Position numbers and translations under genes: made by a program. Positions 38,456-44,156 of a stretch of 44,156 bases of DNA are shown in pieces (positions within the stretch are counted from its first letter, which is position 1; every line of letters starts with the position of its first letter). The stretch is taken from assembly GCA_048885525.1 (NCBI GenBank), contig JBHLLP010000009.1, positions 57,233 through 101,388 on the forward strand, in the 5' to 3' direction. The DNA is from Candidatus Hermodarchaeota archaeon (lineage in GTDB: Archaea > Asgardarchaeota > Lokiarchaeia > Sigyniarchaeales > SOKP01). The notes under the pieces were generated by a model. That model was not told the origin of the DNA. It saw only the letters and a list, made by a program, of their open reading frames with translations, and made no database searches.

Positions 38456-39427
38456 GTGATGATGATATTCCCTGATATTATTTCTCTTGGTGAATTATTA
38501 GTAGAAATCATGCGTGAAGAAAGAGATATTCCCCATGGAAAGCTTGGAGATGTATATAGAGGTCCATTCCCTAGTGGAGCACCAGCGATATATATCGATA
38601 CTGTAGCTCGTATGGGAAAAAATTTTAAATTCAAGACGGGATTTATTGGAGTAACAGGAAATGATGAATTTGGGGCATGTATAATTGAAAAATTAAAAAC
38701 AGATCAGGTTGATACTTCACAAATTAGAGTCACTGAAGAGTTCACTACTGGAATAGCATTCAATCAATATAATCTAGATGGTTCTCGAAAATTTATTTTT
38801 GCAAAAGGCGCTGCCGGAGAAACCTCAACAAATGATGTGAAACCAAAATTTTTCCAAAATATAAAAAATCTCCATATTATGGGAAGTGCCCTTTCTATTA
38901 GCCATAAATCTCGAGATGCATGTTATAAAGCGATCAAGATCGCAAAAGAATCTAATCCAGATGTCATTATCTCATTTGATCCAAACCTTAGACCTGAAAT
39001 GTTAGATATTGAGACTATTTTAGAGATGAGTATACCAGTGTTAGAAACTACACAAATTTTATTCCCAAGTGGAGAAGAAGCTGAAATGCTGGTTGGAATC
39101 AATGGACCAAAAAAAGCTTGTCAAAAATTACTTGAAAAGGGACCAGAAATTATTGTATTAAAACAAGGAAAAGAAGGATGTACCATTTTTACTTCCGAAG
39201 ATCTTGAAGGACGAAAAATAGAAGGATTTAAAGCAGTTGAAAGAGATCCCACTGGAGCAGGAGATTCATTTGGGGGAGCATTTATCGTTGGATACTTAGC
39301 AGGCTGGGATATGGAAAAAATTGCTACTTTCGCGAATGCGGTAGGAGCCCTTAAAGTTGAATCTTTCGGCCCTATGGCTAATACTTCATATGAAGAAGTT
39401 ATTAAATTAATCAAAAAGAAAGAATGA
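38456..39427 (+). CDS. PfkB-family sugar kinase
   Basis: LGELLVE, GPFPSGAPA, GNDEFG, SFDPNLR, DPTGAGDSFGG, ANAVGA. Confidence 0.95.
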   Translation: MMMIFPDIISLGELLVEIMREERDIPHGKLGDVYRGPFPSGAPAIYIDTVARMGKNFKFKTGFIGVTGNDEFGACIIEKLKTDQVDTSQIRVTEEFTTGIAFNQYNLDGSRKFIFAKGAAGETSTNDVKPKFFQNIKNLHIMGSALSISHKSRDACYKAIKIAKESNPDVIISFDPNLRPEMLDIETILEMSIPVLETTQILFPSGEEAEMLVGINGPKKACQKLLEKGPEIIVLKQGKEGCTIFTSEDLEGRKIEGFKAVERDPTGAGDSFGGAFIVGYLAGWDMEKIATFANAVGALKVESFGPMANTSYEEVIKLIKKKE

Positions 39428-39852
39428 GAAATTTGTCAATTAGCAGACTTTATTAAATAAAATGAAATTAGGAGGGTTAGTATATCTGTTCAAACGCGAA
39501 CCCTAGATAAAGTATTACCGATATCATTCAATCCGGTCAAAAGACATGCAAACCCCATAGATATTCATTTAAAGATAAGGAAAAATCCAATTTACCATTT
39601 AAAACATAATCATATATAAATTTATTTATTACTTTTATTCTATTGCCTAAAAATCGGACAGAAAAAATCAATATTTAAATATCTGAACTTTCTATATTTC
39701 TTAAGAATCAAATATGATGAGCAAAATAATGTTCTATTTATATCAACATCTATTTGAACAAAACAAATTTTGCATATGCAAAAATTAAATTTTAAAATTT
39801 TAAATTCTATTTTTATATGAGGTATAAATTATCATAATCCAATATTCATAAA

Positions 39853-41307
39853 ATGACTGACGAATTTAAAGGAGAAGAAAAGGAATCTAAATCGGAAAGG
39901 GAAACTGACAGAGTAGATAAGGAATTTCTATCTAAAGCCAAAAACTCAAGAGATATGATAGATAAAAAACTAAGAACAGTTGAAAATAGCATCGACGATA
40001 TATCAGAAACCATAACAAATGGAGAATCAGCAGAAGAAAAAGAGATTGAGAAGAAAGCAATAGAAGAAATTAGCGAAGAAATTAAAAAGGCTCAAGAAAA
40101 ACTTAATTCTATTAATAAAAAGATAGATGATAAAGAAGAATATCTTGCTGTAATTGAAGAGACAATAAGACAACTGGAGGAAAAATACAATCGTAAAACT
40201 GATGAGATGAGTAATTTAGAGGAAAGATTAAGTATTACCACAGAAAGTAAAGAGAACTTGGAACAGGAATACATGGAACTTTTGAAAAGTAACGAACAAT
40301 TGGTAAAACAATATGAAACGAGACAAGTAGACTTAATTGTACTCACAGATTCTATAAAAGAAAAAGTAACTACTCAAGATGAGCTTCGTACTAAGATTTC
40401 TAAAATGAATCAAGAGATCCAAAATAATGAAGATTTATTACAAAAACAAAGAGAAGAGGCAGAAGCAATAGAAAAAAAATTAAAAAGTCAACGTGCTGAA
40501 AATGAAACTTTAAGAGTCACCATTAGCAAAAATAAAATTGAATTAGAGCATTCAAATTCAGAAATTGAAGCAAAGGAAGAAGAAAGAAATCTACTTACTG
40601 AACAAATTGATAAAAAACAAAGAAGAATTAAAGAAATCGAGTCATTACTTGAAGAATATAAAGAAGGATTTCCTGAAATGGAAAAACAAAAAGAAACTTA
40701 TGAGGAACTTCTTGCCAAATACAAAATTCAGTTAGCTGATAAGCAGCAGCAAATGATAGAGATTGAATCTCGTATACAAGAACTCAATGAATCAGCCAAT
40801 TCTTTGATTGAACAAATAATTACTAAAGAAAATCTTATTGAAGCTAATGAGAAAAGAATAGCTGATTTAAAAAAAGACATTGAAATATCAAATATGGAAT
40901 ATATTGAACGAGAAAAACGGTTAGCGTCATTAACTGAAAAATTAAAAAGTGTGGAAGCTGATCATGAGAAATTAAGCAAAGCAAAAGAATCTATAGAAAG
41001 CAGTACCAATGATTCAAGAGCAATTTTACAAAAATTAAAAGTAGAATTAGAAAGTCAAGAAAAAGAGATTAGAGATAAGGAAAGCCGAATTCATAGGTTA
41101 GAAGTTTTATCGGCTATATATAGGGCTTCTAAATTTTTTGGGGGTATCTTAATTGGTATGGGTGTTTTTTTTATCATCTGCGCTATGGGTGTATTTTATA
41201 ATTTTATTGATTTAGGCGAATTCACTAATTTTTTAATGAGTATATTACTATTAATTGGTGCTATATTATCGATTATTTCAGGAGTATTTCATTTAGAAAA
41301 ATCGTAG
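39853..41307 (+). CDS. Long coiled-coil protein with two C-terminal TM helices
   Basis: About 400 aa of E/K/Q-rich heptads, then FFGGILIGMGVFFIICAMGVFY and FLMSILLLIGAILSIISGVF; no ATPase motifs. Confidence 0.85.
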   Translation: MTDEFKGEEKESKSERETDRVDKEFLSKAKNSRDMIDKKLRTVENSIDDISETITNGESAEEKEIEKKAIEEISEEIKKAQEKLNSINKKIDDKEEYLAVIEETIRQLEEKYNRKTDEMSNLEERLSITTESKENLEQEYMELLKSNEQLVKQYETRQVDLIVLTDSIKEKVTTQDELRTKISKMNQEIQNNEDLLQKQREEAEAIEKKLKSQRAENETLRVTISKNKIELEHSNSEIEAKEEERNLLTEQIDKKQRRIKEIESLLEEYKEGFPEMEKQKETYEELLAKYKIQLADKQQQMIEIESRIQELNESANSLIEQIITKENLIEANEKRIADLKKDIEISNMEYIEREKRLASLTEKLKSVEADHEKLSKAKESIESSTNDSRAILQKLKVELESQEKEIRDKESRIHRLEVLSAIYRASKFFGGILIGMGVFFIICAMGVFYNFIDLGEFTNFLMSILLLIGAILSIISGVFHLEKS

Positions 41308-41369
41308 AATTTCAAATTCAGATTATTAAAATATATTTTTAATTTAGATATGTATTAAATGAGATAAAT

Positions 41370-43256
41370 TTGACCGAAAAAGAACTCTCAACCATTCAAC
41401 AAAGAACCGTATCATTATGGGTAGGAGTATTATATGGAATTGGATGTGGAATTGGAGGGTCAATATTTATCCTATTAGGTACCGCAATAAATGATGCGGG
41501 GTCAGGTGTATTAATCAGCTTATCTCTTGGAGGAATTTTAATATTTTTTACTGCTTTAAATTATAGTGAACTATCAACTAGTTTACCTATTTCTGGTGGG
41601 GCATATAATTTCAGTAAAGAAGCATTAGGTGGATTTCTTGCTTTTATAATCGGTTTTTTTCTCTGGATTGCTAATATAGCATCATTTTCATTTTCAGCTC
41701 AAGCTTTAGCAATCGTTATCCAAGAATTTTTTAATTTACCATTTTATACGCCCTTTATTCTTATAATTGCAATTATATCAATATTGTTCATTGCAATTGG
41801 GGTTTTTAGAACCCAAAAAATAGCACTAAGAACCTTAATTACGTTAACTATAATTCAACTTATAATTTTTGGTATCTTTATTATTGCAGGTTTAATTATT
41901 GCTCCAAATTTTAATATATCAAGTTATAATCCAAGTTTTTTATTTTCAGACTTAAATTTCTTTAATATTATTATTGTGTTTGCTTCAACATTCATTTTTT
42001 TTACAAGCATTACCTCAAACTTGGCATACTTAAATGCAGACCTAAAAAATCCTTCAAAAAGTATCCCTAAAGTAAATGTTATTGCAATTACTATAACTTT
42101 AAGCATATATCTTTTAACTACTTTTACTGTATTAATAAATCTTGGAAATCTTCAATCGAAGGCAGGTGAATCTTCTATTTTGTTAGCATTAATCTTAAAT
42201 GATATAATAAGTTTACCGGGATATTTGTTAATGGGGCTTGCTGCTATAATTTCGACATTAATCGCGATGAATGCGGCCTTGGGTTCTGCTATAGCAATTT
42301 TTAATGCTCTTGCTAGGGATCATTATGTATCTCAAAAATTTTTGAAAATAAATAAAAAAACAGGTGTACCAACTTATATTTTAATCCTAACGATATTAAT
42401 CACGATTACGTTTACTATATTAGCTTTATTGTTTGCTAACATTGGATTTACTGCAAATATTACAACATTTATTTATTTCATAGGATTAGCTTTTATAAAT
42501 TTTGCTGCCGTTAATTTACGACGTAAACGGAAAGAGCTCGATAGACCTTTTAAAGCACCATTTTATCCTTACTTGCCTATAGTAGTGATGTCTTTCTGTA
42601 TCATCTTAGCTTTATTCTTAGAACCGAGAGCGATCTTCTTAGGTTTAATTATTTTAAGTATTGGGGTAACTTATTACTTACTTACAATTGCAGATCGGCA
42701 TTCAATCATTTTAACACTAGCAGGATTAAAGACTTTTGCTATAATTTTGGTTGGAATATTTATCTGGATATTAAATAATCTGAGTGTTATAAACTCACCA
42801 ATACCAGGAATTCCTGCCGTCTTTTCATTTATATTATTACGAATTTTGATCGTATTTTGTATTTTTATCATTGGAACTATTTTTTTTGATGTGATACCGC
42901 TTAAAGAACTAGTATATTTTTTTATAAAAAGGATTAATAAGGATGAAGTAGCTATAGATATTGGAATCGGACGGATTATAGAGCTTAAAAAAATAAAAGC
43001 CAAATCTATTTATTATGTGAATATAATTATAGGTATTTTTCAAATAATTTCTGCTATTTTTATTTTTGCTTTAGCCTCATTATTTTTATTTGATTTAATT
43101 TCAATCGATAGTATTTCTTTTGGTACTACTGTAATTCCTCAATCAACTGCAGAATATTTATTTGTATCTTTTTTAATATTTCTTGGTACTGTTTTATTGT
43201 TTAGTGGTCCATTTAATTTGTATATAAATAAGGAAACAAAAAACTTACGTATTTAA
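41370..43256 (+). CDS. APC-family amino acid permease with extra C-terminal TM helices
   Basis: GIGGSIF, YSELSTSLPISGGAY, LKNPSKSIP, ALARD, RPFKAPFYP. Confidence 0.88.
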   Translation: MTEKELSTIQQRTVSLWVGVLYGIGCGIGGSIFILLGTAINDAGSGVLISLSLGGILIFFTALNYSELSTSLPISGGAYNFSKEALGGFLAFIIGFFLWIANIASFSFSAQALAIVIQEFFNLPFYTPFILIIAIISILFIAIGVFRTQKIALRTLITLTIIQLIIFGIFIIAGLIIAPNFNISSYNPSFLFSDLNFFNIIIVFASTFIFFTSITSNLAYLNADLKNPSKSIPKVNVIAITITLSIYLLTTFTVLINLGNLQSKAGESSILLALILNDIISLPGYLLMGLAAIISTLIAMNAALGSAIAIFNALARDHYVSQKFLKINKKTGVPTYILILTILITITFTILALLFANIGFTANITTFIYFIGLAFINFAAVNLRRKRKELDRPFKAPFYPYLPIVVMSFCIILALFLEPRAIFLGLIILSIGVTYYLLTIADRHSIILTLAGLKTFAIILVGIFIWILNNLSVINSPIPGIPAVFSFILLRILIVFCIFIIGTIFFDVIPLKELVYFFIKRINKDEVAIDIGIGRIIELKKIKAKSIYYVNIIIGIFQIISAIFIFALASLFLFDLISIDSISFGTTVIPQSTAEYLFVSFLIFLGTVLLFSGPFNLYINKETKNLRI

Positions 43257-43301
43257 AAGATTTTACTGTTCTTTTTATTATAATATATATTAAATTAGAA
43301 A

Positions 43302-44027
43302 ATGCAGCTTCCAAAAATAAATCTACATATTCACTCAAACTATTCTGATGGAAAACAAACCATAAAACAAATTGTACAAAAATCAATTAAACTAAAGTTA
43401 GATTATATTGCAATAACAGATCATTTTACTAACTCTTGGAAAGCTTGGGTATCAACACTTAAGGATCCTGAAATAATTTCATCTTATTTAGAAGAAATCT
43501 TACATTTTCAAGAGTTTTTAAAACAACATAATAAACAATTAACTCTTTTAAAAGGAATAGAAGTAGATATTGCTAGTTCTGAGCAATTTATAAAAAATAA
43601 TCTTGAGGCAGATAAATTTGATCTGATTCTATTTGAATACCTTCAAAGTCCTGAGTCAATTGCTTTTATTGAAAATTTAATTTATTACTGGAAATTAACA
43701 GAATTAAATAAAATGCCTATTTTAGGATTAGCTCATTTTGATCCTTCTTATTTTATTATAGGAGATCTCGATCCTTTAATGATATTCCTCAAAAAATATA
43801 ACATTTATTTTGAATTTAACTCAAGTTATCCTTCTTTTTATTCTACCCAATATAAACTATTTTTTGAAAAATTAAAAGAATATAAAATTCCTGTAGCAAT
43901 TGGATGTGATTCTCACAATTTAGGAACTCTTGATGATATCGATGAACCTTTTGAAATGATAAGATATTATAACCTTGAAAGCAACTTTAAAATCCTCATA
44001 GACTTAGTAAAATTGAAAAAAATTTAA
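43302..44027 (+). CDS. PHP-domain metal-dependent phosphoesterase
   Basis: NLHIHSNYSDG, AITDH, GIEVD, LAH, GCDSH. Confidence 0.9.
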   Translation: MQLPKINLHIHSNYSDGKQTIKQIVQKSIKLKLDYIAITDHFTNSWKAWVSTLKDPEIISSYLEEILHFQEFLKQHNKQLTLLKGIEVDIASSEQFIKNNLEADKFDLILFEYLQSPESIAFIENLIYYWKLTELNKMPILGLAHFDPSYFIIGDLDPLMIFLKKYNIYFEFNSSYPSFYSTQYKLFFEKLKEYKIPVAIGCDSHNLGTLDDIDEPFEMIRYYNLESNFKILIDLVKLKKI

Positions 44028-44076
44028 GAGTTTTACTTTCAAAATCAATATATATTTATTTCTTTCCCATAACTGC

Positions 44077-44156
44077 TCAATAGGAATTTTTATTTAGATT
44101 ATTAAGGTAATATTTGAATGCTTTTTCAAATGCAATATCGATAATAATCTCACTTT
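44077..44156 (-). CDS. Possible 3' end of a gene running off the window
   Basis: Open frame SEIIIDIAFEKAFKYYLNNLNKNSY*, convergent on the PHP gene. Confidence 0.3.
   Translation of the reverse strand, partial: SEIIIDIAFEKAFKYYLNNLNKNSY

Noticed and set aside
39425-39510. PfkB stop TGA followed in frame by EIC (UxxC-like) and a downstream ATGA..hairpin..GA, suggesting selenocysteine/SECIS
   Set aside because: The kinase is already complete at the TGA, PfkB is not a known selenoprotein family, and the stem is out of register with the putative GA quartet
39713-39770. C-box-like ATGATGA suggesting a C/D sRNA
   Set aside because: No properly placed downstream CTGA D box
39853-41307. SMC/Rad50 or SNARE assignment for the long coiled coil
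   Set aside because: No Walker motifs or hinge; two TMs and a much greater length than a SNARE
3988-43003. Short antisense or nested ORFs in the track (e.g. 3988, 4303, 10117, 10213, 12599, 12697, 12869, 16494, 18247, 19310, 20305, 21712, 23717, 24317, 32851, 35703, 35773, 36346, 36859, 38425, 39121, 40092, 41924, 42674)
   Set aside because: They overlap well-supported genes and have no motifs; shadow ORFs
1-44156. CRISPR arrays, tRNA/rRNA, IS elements, integrases
   Set aside because: No regularly spaced repeats, cloverleafs, GC-rich RNA blocks or transposase motifs seen

Overview
AT-rich archaeal chromosomal window, almost certainly from an Asgard archaeon (Lokiarchaeia/Promethearchaeota). 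It carries an actin-family gene, a Rab-like GTPase, a longin-like gene, and a fragment of a repeat-protein N-terminal domain I recall as Loki-typical. No rRNA, tRNA, CRISPR array or mobile element was recognised. Bases 1-10.6 kb form a regulator-dense accessory island. It holds two TetR/enzyme divergons, a GbsR/MarR-like regulator present both as a fused tandem gene and as a split two-gene copy sharing one operator motif, a condensation-domain acyltransferase and an ABC-2 exporter. The rest mixes housekeeping genes (guaB, purH, folD, Ski2-like helicase, PfkB, ZIP/DtxR) with eukaryote-signature-like genes. Best candidates for undescribed biology: (1) a threonine-synthase-fold PLP protein that has lost its substrate-phosphate residues and gained a C-terminal winged HTH, next to an ECF S-component whose promoter carries tandem palindromes (possible vitamin B6/PLP-sensing regulator); (2) an actin-related protein with a double zinc-ribbon insert and substituted hydrolysis residues; (3) a Rab-coiled-coil / 11-mer-repeat / membrane-anchored coiled-coil cluster; (4) a heterodimeric (split/fused) wHTH regulator with an asymmetric operator; (5) up to three genes that appear to need ATT/ATA initiation; (6) SSUH2-like and HEAT+tandem-winged-helix proteins; and (7) an unannotated 53-aa ORF. 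All family calls come from motif recognition by eye; no database search was run.
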